A DNA stretch of 64,000 bases, taken from a bacterium. Lineage in GTDB: Bacteria; JAAXHH01. This document shows positions 1 through 8,092 of the stretch, piece after piece; the first letter of the stretch is position 1, and every line of letters begins with the position of its first letter. Position numbers and translations under genes: made by a program. The stretch lies in NCBI GenBank assembly GCA_965202605.1, contig OZ241838.1:1647817-1711816 (forward strand), given 5' to 3'. The notes under the pieces were generated by a model, which saw nothing but the letters and a program-made list of their open reading frames with translations, did not search any database and was not told where the DNA came from.

Positions 1-619
1 GAAGTATGTTCTTGGGTTCAATGCAGTCGTAATCCCAACCATGAACCTCTCCAGGATCGGCCTTGACAACAAAGTCCGCTATCCATGCGCCGACACCACC
101 AAGTCCGACAATCGCCACACGCTCTTGAGCTACCAGACTCCTCCACTCCACTGCTTCTGGCAGTTGGTCACCAAGCACATCGAAAGTATAAGGGCGCGGA
201 GCCGATTCCCTACTCGTTGCGGATCGGCCAAGGAACAGCGCGTATATATGCTTGACGTAATTGTTTAATGCTTCCCAAGCATTCTCATATTCGCGGTCTT
301 TCAACTTGACCGACAGTACAAGACTGTAATGATTTCGCCCAATCACGCCGTTTGTCAACTCATTGCCAGAACCGTCGAACAATCTTCCGTCGGAGAGACC
401 TCGTATATTGGCCGCGTGTGAAGCGTTTTTCTGCCATTTGTGGTTTACTTCGAGTTCATCCGAGTTAGATGCGGTCCCTACCCAGATGTGACACTCGCCT
501 ACGACATTCGGTGCGAGAAAACATGGTACACCTAATGCACCTATTTCTATGTCTTGACGCTCGATTTTCCACCCGCGTCGCTCCGCTTCATGACGAGCAC
601 GTGACTCATGTTCTGACAC
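1..619 (-). CDS. ThiF/MoeB-family E1-like adenylyltransferase, partial (C-terminus runs off the left edge); the N-terminal ~150 aa carry a UBC/E2-like motif, so it may be an E2-E1 fusion (Cap2-like).
   Basis: Hand translation of the minus strand gives ...QERVAIVGLGGVGAWIADFVVKADPGEVHGWDYDCIEP, a Rossmann GxGxxG typical of ThiF/E1. About 140 aa upstream of that sits FLAPNVVGECHIWVG, resembling the UBC HPNV..G.IC(L) active-site signature. The most upstream in-frame start is GTG at 619, only 8 nt after the stop of the 97-aa ORF. It is absent from the ORF track because it is truncated by the window edge. Confidence 0.55.
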   Translation of the reverse strand, partial: MSEHESRARHEAERRGWKIERQDIEIGALGVPCFLAPNVVGECHIWVGTASNSDELEVNHKWQKNASHAANIRGLSDGRLFDGSGNELTNGVIGRNHYSLVLSVKLKDREYENAWEALNNYVKHIYALFLGRSATSRESAPRPYTFDVLGDQLPEAVEWRSLVAQERVAIVGLGGVGAWIADFVVKADPGEVHGWDYDCIEPKNIL

Positions 620-627
620 AGTTTTCC

Positions 628-921
628 CTAAGCGAGATACGAGTCGTCAATCTTGAACGACAGTTCATCACCCACAGCCAACGGTTTATCCGACGGATAG
701 AGAATCCCCTTTGTTCCGTCCTTAGCCTCCCAGTCGATGCCTGGAAGATTACCTGTCACACGTCTTTCCGGATCAAGTTTATTCCACTGTTCGACCACTT
801 GCGCGAAGCTGATGGTCGGCTTGTCCCACAGCACCGACCGAGCATTGATGTAAATGGTCAACTCCTTGACAATCCCCGTCGGTCCATTGGGTCCATCGCC
901 GTTTCCAGGTTCTTGTACCAA
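628..921 (-). CDS. Small hypothetical protein (97 aa), translationally coupled to the downstream E1-like gene; possibly a beta-grasp/ubiquitin-like or other partner of the E1.
   Basis: ORF with a TTG start preceded by AAGGAGG with a 9-nt spacer. Its stop lies 8 nt before the E1-like GTG. It has no C-terminal Gly-Gly; only a weak secondary-structure-like resemblance to ubiquitin-type folds. Confidence 0.45.
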   Translation of the reverse strand: MVQEPGNGDGPNGPTGIVKELTIYINARSVLWDKPTISFAQVVEQWNKLDPERRVTGNLPGIDWEAKDGTKGILYPSDKPLAVGDELSFKIDDSYLA

Positions 922-1450
922 TTTGGATTCCTCCTTGATGTCTAACTAAGTGTCTGTTTCGCTTTCCAGTGTACTGCACGTAGGGCAGAGAGCGACCCGG
1001 GTGACCAGTTATGTTGCTCAAGAAAGTTCGTCTTGCCCACCCAGAGCACGTCTCAACTCAATGAACCAACTGCCCCGCTTAGGTCAACACACTCCGTCCT
1101 GCGGGTGTCTGAACTAGATGGCCAACCTGTCGAATGGCGTACCTGATGATCCCGGCGCAAAAGGTCGTAATGCCCTTACCAGACACTTTTCGCTCCCGCA
1201 TCGCGCAATCAAGCAATGTAACACTTTGCGAGCAACTACGCAACTGTTTAGTACTGCAGCGGTACGTGGCATACGGTGTATCGCAGACGCGATCTGAGTA
1301 GAATCCAGCTCGCTGTGGTGTTATGGTCATGAGCACACCCGGGAAGCACAATCGCGACGAGATGTAGCCACGGCAAGTTAATTATTGACAAGACACCCAC
1401 AATCATACATATAATACTAAAAGGAATTATTTAAGTAAAAGTTATTTCTT

Positions 1451-1490
1451 CTATAAAAACGAACCCCCGAAGCTGCCACCTCGGGGGTTC
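1451..1490 (-). terminator. Rho-independent terminator-like hairpin, oriented for minus-strand transcripts.
   Basis: GC stem aacccccga / tcgggggtt with a 10-nt loop. The A-run (ataaaaac) on the plus side gives a U-run after the stem on the minus strand. Confidence 0.4.
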
Positions 1491-1533
1491 AGGGTCGGCG
1501 GTGATGAGTCGCCGCTAACGATGAGGTGTCATC

Positions 1534-1797
1534 ATGAGTAAAAATAACCAAACGTCTGATGAGTATCAAGATGAAAATGAACAACGCGAAGAATTAACTC
1601 GGAGGTTAAGGATGTATTTCTCAGACCAAAACTGGCTTCCAGTTTCAAGGTCGTGGTGGTGTATATTTATCTCGTACGATGCCGCCGACCGCGATATAGT
1701 GCTTGAGCTAGCTCGGAAATTCGATCTCCTGCCCAGACCAGACCGTGACACTCGCAACTTCGACTACGATTCATGGCAGGAAGGAGTGGAGGACTAA
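1534..1797 (+). CDS. Small acidic hypothetical ORF (87 aa) containing a TIR-like CIFISYDAADRDIVLELARKF segment; possibly a truncated remnant of a TIR-domain gene.
   Basis: GAGGTG-like RBS before the ATG. It lies in AT-rich DNA. The FISY..D motif resembles the first strand/helix of TIR domains, but the ORF ends about 25 aa later. Confidence 0.3.
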   Translation: MSKNNQTSDEYQDENEQREELTRRLRMYFSDQNWLPVSRSWWCIFISYDAADRDIVLELARKFDLLPRPDRDTRNFDYDSWQEGVED

Positions 1798-2039
1798 TTG
1801 ATAAGGGCTAGTCCGTTAGTACCGACACCTCACGCTCTTGGGTCCGGCGACGACCGTCTGAAGAATCTGATAAAATAATGAAACTCAAAAGATGTAGGTA
1901 ACTATGTGAATTCGCGGGAGAGGTGTAGTTAAGAAATCAATTGCTAATACTGAGTAAAGACAACATAAATGGCTTACATTGATATAGAAACGGCTCTTCG
2001 GTCCGTCATGCATACCCAGCATACAAACCTTTCGGTCAA

Positions 2040-2873
2040 TCAGCCCGACCTCTTCAGATCCACGAATTTCGCCGCCGGTCCCACCAGAAACAAAGCGTAG
2101 AGCGGCGCGTTCACGACTTCAAGCAACCGCAACGCCATCTCGGCCAGCGCCACCAAAAAGGCGACCCCGATCCGTCCGCCACGCGAGGAGACCGAGGTGG
2201 CGGGGTCCGTGACCATGAAGAAGGCCATGAGCTGATACATGGGTCCGGTGATAGGCGCGACTTCAGACAGGAAAGGCGTCCCGGTCATCAGAGACCGTAC
2301 GTAGGCAAGCGCGACAAAGGACACGGCGTAGGTGAAGGTAACGTGGAAGCGTTTCGCCCGCCAGAGGATGGCCGAACCCAGCACCCAGATCACGGCCATG
2401 GCCCAGAGATCGTTTCCCCACTGCTCGCTCAGGGCGGCCACGGTCCCGGGCGCCGCGAAGAGCACCACGCAGATACCCAGATTGGATGGATTCCACAGAT
2501 GGCGTCCCCGGTAGCGCAGGACGTATTTCGACATGATGGAAAGCAGGCTGGCGATGGCGAAGGGCCACAGGTAAAGCGACCTCAGCAGTATGCCGCAGCT
2601 GATCCCGGTGATGTACGCGCTGGCGGGATTGAGCCACCTCCCCGTCAACAGACGGCCCAGGGCCAGTTCCGCCACCAGGGCCGCGACGATCGCCGTAAAG
2701 AGCTGCGACAGGTCGTGGAGGAAACCCACGTACATCTGGCCGAAGACCAGGATCAGGGTGATCAGGCCGGAGGACAGGTACCGCGGGTCGATCTGGTATC
2801 TCGTCCCACCCGGCGGCCCCGGCGGCGGTCCCGGCGATGATTGAGCCGCCGCGGTCTTAGATTCGCTCATCAT
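2040..2873 (-). CDS. RnfD/NqrB-like polytopic membrane protein (UnbU-like), partner of the downstream FG-GAP/UnbV gene.
   Basis: Multi-TM protein with the FFMVTDPATS motif, like the RnfD/NqrB FFMATDP signature. Its ATG overlaps the stop of the upstream gene (ATGA). Confidence 0.75.
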   Translation of the reverse strand: MMSESKTAAAQSSPGPPPGPPGGTRYQIDPRYLSSGLITLILVFGQMYVGFLHDLSQLFTAIVAALVAELALGRLLTGRWLNPASAYITGISCGILLRSLYLWPFAIASLLSIMSKYVLRYRGRHLWNPSNLGICVVLFAAPGTVAALSEQWGNDLWAMAVIWVLGSAILWRAKRFHVTFTYAVSFVALAYVRSLMTGTPFLSEVAPITGPMYQLMAFFMVTDPATSVSSRGGRIGVAFLVALAEMALRLLEVVNAPLYALFLVGPAAKFVDLKRSG

Positions 2874-4639
2874 TTCTCCGGTTCCGTTACCACGTGCAGC
2901 CGGTTCAAATCAGGATCTTCCAGCGTCTGCACGATGCCGCTCGGCCAGCGGATTTCCGCGCGCTCGACCGCTTCGGCAAGCCCCAGCCCGAAATGCCGCC
3001 TGCGCTGGCTCTGGGCGGCGAATCCCGCCCCGGCCGTCACGACCTGGAGCTGTTGCCGGCCGTCCCAGAATATCCGTACCTCCGCGCCGATGGCGCTGGC
3101 GTTGCTGCGAGCGCCCCTCAGTTCGAAGGAAATCCACGCGTGCGCGCGCTCGACCTCGTTCCGGTACAGGATCAGGGGGCCGTCCTGGTTGGCCACGACC
3201 ACGTCCAGAACGCCCCGGTTGAACAGGTCGGCCAGGGCGACGCCCCTGCCGTCATACCGGTCGTTCACGCCGACGGATTCCGCCACGTCGTAGAAGCGCG
3301 CGGATCCGTCGTTCAGGTAGAGCCTGGACCGCTCGAAACCCGACAGACTCTGATCGCCCATGGGCGCCCAGTTCCGTACGTCCTGGAAGATGTTGTTGTT
3401 GCCCATGGCGACCCGCGACATTTCGTACCAGTAATCCTTTTCCGGGTCGGCGGACACAAATCCGTTGGCCACGAAAAGGTCCACGAAACCATCGTTGTTC
3501 AGGTCGCCGAACTGGGCGCCCCAGGCCCACCCCGCGTCGGCGATTTCCCCCTCGGCGATATTGATCATCCGGCCGTTCTCGGCGATCAGGTTGCGGCGGA
3601 GATTGTTGCCCTGGAAAAGATACCCGCGCTTCGAGATATTGGTTACGTAGACGTCCGAGCGGCCGTCATTGTACAGATCGCCGAAGGCCACGTTCATGCC
3701 GCTCTTGGAGGTCTCCTCCAGCGTGGCGCCGGCGAGCTGCTCGAACCCTTTCCCTTCGAGGTTGATGAAGAGGACCTCGGGGCCGTAGTCGTTGGCCAGG
3801 TAGAGATCGGGCCAGCCATCGCCGTTCAGGTCCGCCGCGCCGACGGACATGGTCCACCGCGTGCAGTCCGCCTCGTACTCCTCCGTGACCTCCTCGAAAC
3901 GCCCGCCGCCCCGGTTCAGGAAGAGGTAGTTGCGCCCGCCGTTGTTCGCGTACTCGAAACTCTCCTGCATGATGCGCGTCGTCGTAACCTGCCACAAATC
4001 ATGAACTTCCGAGAAATAACCGCCAACGTAGAGATCAATCAGGCCATCCCGGTCGACGTCCGTCCACACCGCGCTGTTGGCATTCATCCACCGGTCGAGG
4101 CCGGCGTCGGCGGTCACGTCCGTGAACACGGTGCCGCCCTGGTTTCTGAACAGGCGCTGCCGGCCCCACCGGTAGATGAACACGTCCTCGAAACCGTCGT
4201 TGTCGTAGTCCCCCCACACCGATCCCATGGATACGCCGCCGGGCCCGTTCACATCGGCCAGACCGATCTTTCCGGCAACCTCCACGAAGCTTCCGTCACC
4301 CGAGTTCCGGTACAACGCGTTCGGCGTACCCTTCCGGCTGCTGGTCACGTACAGGTCCTGCCACCCGTCGTTGTCGTAGTCCACGACCGAGACGGACGCC
4401 CCCAGCGCCGAGATGTGGGGCATGATGGGGTCGAGCTCCGGGTCGAGCTCCGGCCTGGCATGGACGAAGTCTATGCCGGCTTCCGCGGTCGCGTCGGTCA
4501 GATAGAATCCGTACTGTCCTGCTTTTGGCTCGGCCCGGTCGCGCGAAAGCCACCAGGAGAAGAAGAAGGGCGTGGCAAGCAGTATGACGAATAGCGTGGT
4601 TACGACGGGACGGCGCTTAGTAGACGAGGCTGGTGACAT
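2870..4639 (-). CDS. FG-GAP/VCBS repeat protein with a C-terminal ASPIC/UnbV domain (CRTAC1 family), with an N-terminal signal/anchor.
   Basis: Repeated DxDxDGxxD calcium-binding FG-GAP motifs (DYDNDGWQDLYV, DVDRDGLIDLYV, DLNGDGWPDLYL, DLNNDGFVDLFV) and an UnbV-like C-terminus. Confidence 0.85.
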   Translation of the reverse strand: MSPASSTKRRPVVTTLFVILLATPFFFSWWLSRDRAEPKAGQYGFYLTDATAEAGIDFVHARPELDPELDPIMPHISALGASVSVVDYDNDGWQDLYVTSSRKGTPNALYRNSGDGSFVEVAGKIGLADVNGPGGVSMGSVWGDYDNDGFEDVFIYRWGRQRLFRNQGGTVFTDVTADAGLDRWMNANSAVWTDVDRDGLIDLYVGGYFSEVHDLWQVTTTRIMQESFEYANNGGRNYLFLNRGGGRFEEVTEEYEADCTRWTMSVGAADLNGDGWPDLYLANDYGPEVLFINLEGKGFEQLAGATLEETSKSGMNVAFGDLYNDGRSDVYVTNISKRGYLFQGNNLRRNLIAENGRMINIAEGEIADAGWAWGAQFGDLNNDGFVDLFVANGFVSADPEKDYWYEMSRVAMGNNNIFQDVRNWAPMGDQSLSGFERSRLYLNDGSARFYDVAESVGVNDRYDGRGVALADLFNRGVLDVVVANQDGPLILYRNEVERAHAWISFELRGARSNASAIGAEVRIFWDGRQQLQVVTAGAGFAAQSQRRRHFGLGLAEAVERAEIRWPSGIVQTLEDPDLNRLHVVTEPEK

Positions 4640-4817
4640 GGCCTGTAGGGATCTGAACAGAACCGACGGGCCGGACAGATCCGGTTCGTCCGATCAGACC
4701 GGTCAGTCCGGTCAGTCCGGAATATCCAGCGGAAGGACAAAGGGTATGGCACGGGTATCCCGTGTGCTCGAAATGCGATTTCAAGGTAGAAGGCAAAACA
4801 AGGACTGTCAAGATGGA

Positions 4818-4847
4818 TTGACAAGGGGGCCGCAAGCGGTATAGAAT
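4818..4847 (+). promoter_or_regulatory. Sigma70-like promoter (TTGACA, 18 nt, TAGAAT) upstream of the substrate-binding protein gene.
   Basis: Exact TTGACA at 4818-4823 and TAGAAT at 4842-4847, about 65 nt before the ATG at 4914. Confidence 0.5.
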
Positions 4848-4913
4848 CAACCTTGCCTCCACCGACGGCCACTTCTGCGATCCACGGGATTCCATCAACG
4901 ATCTGGAGTTTAT

Positions 4914-5711
4914 ATGACGACCCACCGAATTCGTACCTTCCAGGCGGTACTGCTGTTCCTGTGCGCGAGTACCGCTTCAGCGGATTTACACGCGCAGACC
5001 TCCCTCCTGGACCGTATACTGGAACGGGGCGAAATCCGAATCGGCACCACGGGCGACTACAAGCCTTTCACGTACCTGAACCCCGAGACGGGCGGCTACG
5101 AAGGCATGGACATCGACGCGGCCCATATGCTGGGAGAAGCGCTTGGCGTACGCGTCCGGTTCGTGCCCACGACCTGGAGCAACCTGTCCGACGATGCCCT
5201 GAACGACCGCTTCGACCTGGCCATGGGCGGCATTACCCGGACGCTCAAACGGCAGCGCATCCTGGCGCTCACCGATCCTTATGTCACCATAGGGAAATCG
5301 CCGCTCATCAGGAAGTCGGACAAGGACCGCTTCAGGAGTCTGCAGGACATCGACGCGCCAGGAGTACGGATCGGCGCGAATTTCGGAGGCACGAACGAGG
5401 CCTTTGTCCGAGCCAGCATCCAGCAGGCCACGATCGTCATGTTCGAGAACAACCTCGACGTACAGCCCGCCGTGGCGTCGGGGGAGGTGGACGTGATGTT
5501 CACCGACAACGTCGAGGCGGTAATCTACGCGAGACAGAATCCCGCGCTCTACGCCGTGAATCCGGACGAGCCGCTGACCCGTGAAGATATCGGCTACATG
5601 ACGGTCCGAAACGATCAGCCCTTCATCAACTGGCTGAACCTGTGGCTGTACCAGCTGCGGCAGAAGGGAACGCTTGATGAACTGAGGGGCAAATGGATCG
5701 GGGCGTTCTGA
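4914..5711 (+). CDS. Periplasmic amino-acid ABC transporter substrate-binding protein (family 3 SBP, PheC/cyclohexadienyl dehydratase-like).
   Basis: Signal peptide plus family-3 SBP fold motifs (GTTGDYKPFTY, DLAMGGITRT). Confidence 0.8.
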   Translation: MTTHRIRTFQAVLLFLCASTASADLHAQTSLLDRILERGEIRIGTTGDYKPFTYLNPETGGYEGMDIDAAHMLGEALGVRVRFVPTTWSNLSDDALNDRFDLAMGGITRTLKRQRILALTDPYVTIGKSPLIRKSDKDRFRSLQDIDAPGVRIGANFGGTNEAFVRASIQQATIVMFENNLDVQPAVASGEVDVMFTDNVEAVIYARQNPALYAVNPDEPLTREDIGYMTVRNDQPFINWLNLWLYQLRQKGTLDELRGKWIGAF

Positions 5712-5809
5712 TACAGGCGTTCTGATATAATTGTATTGCGAAGACACCCGCCCTTCCCTATCTTAGGTGCGGCCGCAACCAATACGGAATCTTGTAAAGG
5801 AGCGAGTCT

Positions 5810-7594
5810 TTGGCCGGTGCCCCGGACTATAGCGACGATGTGTTTTTCGACGACGTCGACCTGGACGCCCACAGCGCCAGGACGGTAGATTCCGAAGCCA
5901 TCGAGTTCTTCCCCACCGACTACCGCATCGGCCGGACCAAGTACATCTTCGTCACCGGCGGCGTCATGTCCGGCGTGGGCAAGGGCGTCTTCAGCGCCTC
6001 CCTCGGACACCTGCTCAAGCATTACGGATTCACGGTTTCCCAGATCAAGATCGACGGCTACCTGAACCAGGACGCCGGCACCATCAACCCCTATCGCCAC
6101 GGGGAGGTGTTCGTGCTCGAGGACGGTACCGAGTGCGACATGGACCTGGGCACCTACGAACGTTTCCTCGACGACAATCTGAACCGGAACAACTACATCA
6201 CCTCGGGCAGGGTGTACCGGATCATCCTCGACAAGGAACGCCGCGGCGAGTACCTGGGACGCGACGTGCAGGTCGTGCCCCACGTGACCGGCGAGATCAA
6301 GAACCTGATCCGGACCAAGGCGCATGAAGGGCCTTACGACATCCTGGTCGTCGAAATCGGCGGCACCGTCGGGGATATCGAGAACATCCATTTCATCGAA
6401 GCCGCCCGCGAGATGCTCTACGACGAGGGACGGGACAATGTCATGTCGGCCCACGTCACGCAGGTACCCTATAACGAGTCCGCGGGGGAACTGAAGACCA
6501 AACCCACGCAGCACAGCGTCAAGGCACTCCTGCAACTGGGCATTCAGCCCGATATCGTGGTATGCCGTTCGGCCATACCGCTGAACAAGAGCGTCCGCCA
6601 GAAGATCAGCCTCTTCTGCAACATCGCGGAGGATCGCGTGGTCAGCAGCCCGGATACGGATTCCATCTACCGCGTGCCCACGCTGCTCGACCGCCAGCAG
6701 ACGGTTCAGATCGTCGCCGAGAAGCTCAACGTAAATCTCCCGCAGCGTACCGATCAGCGGCCCCAGATTTTCGACATCTACCTCAAATACCTGTCCAGAA
6801 GCCACCCGGAAGTCCGCATTGCCATCACGGGAAAGTATACGGCCCTGCACGATTCATACGTGAGTATCCTGAACGCCCTGGACCACAGCGAGGTCAGCGT
6901 GGGCGTGGATATCGCCACGGAGTGGATCGATACGACGGATATTTCGGCGGACGAGCCGCTGGACGCCGGAATTCTGGACGGCATATCCGGCATCATCGTG
7001 CCTGGCGGCTTCGGCGAGCGGGGCGCCGAGGGGAAGATCCGGTTCATACAGTATGCCAGAGAGAACGGTCTGCCGTTCCTTGGCTTGTGCTATGGGTTCC
7101 AGCTGGCCGTCGTGGAGTTCGCGCGAAACCAGTGCGGACTGCTGAACGCGGCCCATGCCGAGTTCGACGCGGAGGCCGAATCGCCGGTCATCTACCTGCT
7201 GCCCGGCCAGCGCAAACTGGCTGAAATGGGGGGCACGATGCGGCTGGGCGGACACGAGGTGAAGCTGAAAGACGGCACGGAAGCCCACCGCTGCTACGGA
7301 TCGGATTCGGCCATGGAACGATTCCGCCACCGGTACGAGTTCAACAACCAGTACAGGGAACTCATCGAGCACAAGGGCATGGTGTTCTCCGGCATGACAC
7401 CCGACGAGCAGATTATGCAGATCCTGGAAATCCCCACGCATCCCTTCTTCGTAGGAACCCAGTTCCACCCCGAGTTGACCAGCCGTCCATACAGGCCCCA
7501 CCCCTTGTTCAGGGGACTGGTACAGGCAGCGCTGGATTACGTGGAATCAGAGGAAAACCGGCAGATGGCCTTGCAGGCCGGACAGGTGGAATAA
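5810..7594 (+). CDS. pyrG: CTP synthase.
   Basis: KYIFVTGGVMSGVGKG P-loop region, the glutamine amidotransferase domain (GLCYGFQL) and full-length similarity. AAGGAG with a 7-nt spacer precedes the TTG start. It carries an unusual ~40-aa acidic N-terminal extension. Confidence 0.95.
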   Translation: MAGAPDYSDDVFFDDVDLDAHSARTVDSEAIEFFPTDYRIGRTKYIFVTGGVMSGVGKGVFSASLGHLLKHYGFTVSQIKIDGYLNQDAGTINPYRHGEVFVLEDGTECDMDLGTYERFLDDNLNRNNYITSGRVYRIILDKERRGEYLGRDVQVVPHVTGEIKNLIRTKAHEGPYDILVVEIGGTVGDIENIHFIEAAREMLYDEGRDNVMSAHVTQVPYNESAGELKTKPTQHSVKALLQLGIQPDIVVCRSAIPLNKSVRQKISLFCNIAEDRVVSSPDTDSIYRVPTLLDRQQTVQIVAEKLNVNLPQRTDQRPQIFDIYLKYLSRSHPEVRIAITGKYTALHDSYVSILNALDHSEVSVGVDIATEWIDTTDISADEPLDAGILDGISGIIVPGGFGERGAEGKIRFIQYARENGLPFLGLCYGFQLAVVEFARNQCGLLNAAHAEFDAEAESPVIYLLPGQRKLAEMGGTMRLGGHEVKLKDGTEAHRCYGSDSAMERFRHRYEFNNQYRELIEHKGMVFSGMTPDEQIMQILEIPTHPFFVGTQFHPELTSRPYRPHPLFRGLVQAALDYVESEENRQMALQAGQVE

Positions 7595-7650
7595 AAGGCT
7601 ATGAGGCGCCCGACCGGCACGGCCAGGCACTGCCGGTACCGGGAACGTGC

Positions 7651-7896
7651 TCAGTTGCCCTGCTTCGCCAGCCTGGACTTGATGCGGTCGGCGGTCCGCC
7701 GGTGCATCACGCCGCGCTTGACGGCTTTATCCAACCTGGAATGGGCCTGGCTCAGGAGCCCGGACGCCGCGTCGGCGTCCGTATTTCCGCGCAGGCGTTT
7801 GATGGCGGTTCGGAGGGCGGATTTTACCGTGGCGTTGCGCCGCTGACGGGTGCTTTCCTGACGTAGACGCTTTTTGGATGATACGAGAGTCGGCAA
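7651..7896 (-). CDS. rpsT: 30S ribosomal protein S20.
   Basis: SSKKRLRQESTRQRRNATVKSALRTAIKRL is the classic S20 N-terminus. TTG start with an AAGGGAG RBS. Confidence 0.9.
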   Translation of the reverse strand: MPTLVSSKKRLRQESTRQRRNATVKSALRTAIKRLRGNTDADAASGLLSQAHSRLDKAVKRGVMHRRTADRIKSRLAKQGN

Positions 7897-8092
7897 ATTT
7901 TGCTCCCTTTAAGCTCCAGATTGCTGCAACACCGCATGGCGCGCCGGCCAATTGCGGTCCGTTTGACGGTTTACTCAAAACCAGCATCATATTACCTGGC
8001 GGGTTCCCGAATGTCAAGGTTAAATTGACCGCCAGGGCCTGATCGCCCCTGCCGGTTGTCCACCCGGAGAAGAGAGAGCAGGCGAGCCATCC

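Noticed and set aside
1079-1351. 90-aa minus-strand ORF in the ORF-free gap
   Set aside because: No RBS; Cys/Arg/Thr-rich composition unlike neighbouring genes; the region is treated as noncoding or possible ncRNA instead.
2894-4594. 566-aa plus-strand ORF
   Set aside because: It is antisense to the FG-GAP/UnbV gene, which has clear repeats; Arg/Ala/Gly-rich nonsense composition.
5615-6850. 411-aa minus-strand ORF
   Set aside because: It is entirely antisense to pyrG; a high-GC antisense frame stays open by chance and has no motifs.
7601-7650. Bidirectional terminator hairpin between convergent pyrG and rpsT (ccggcacggccaggcactgccgg)
   Set aside because: A stem exists but neither strand has an adjacent U-run, so it is not called as an intrinsic terminator.
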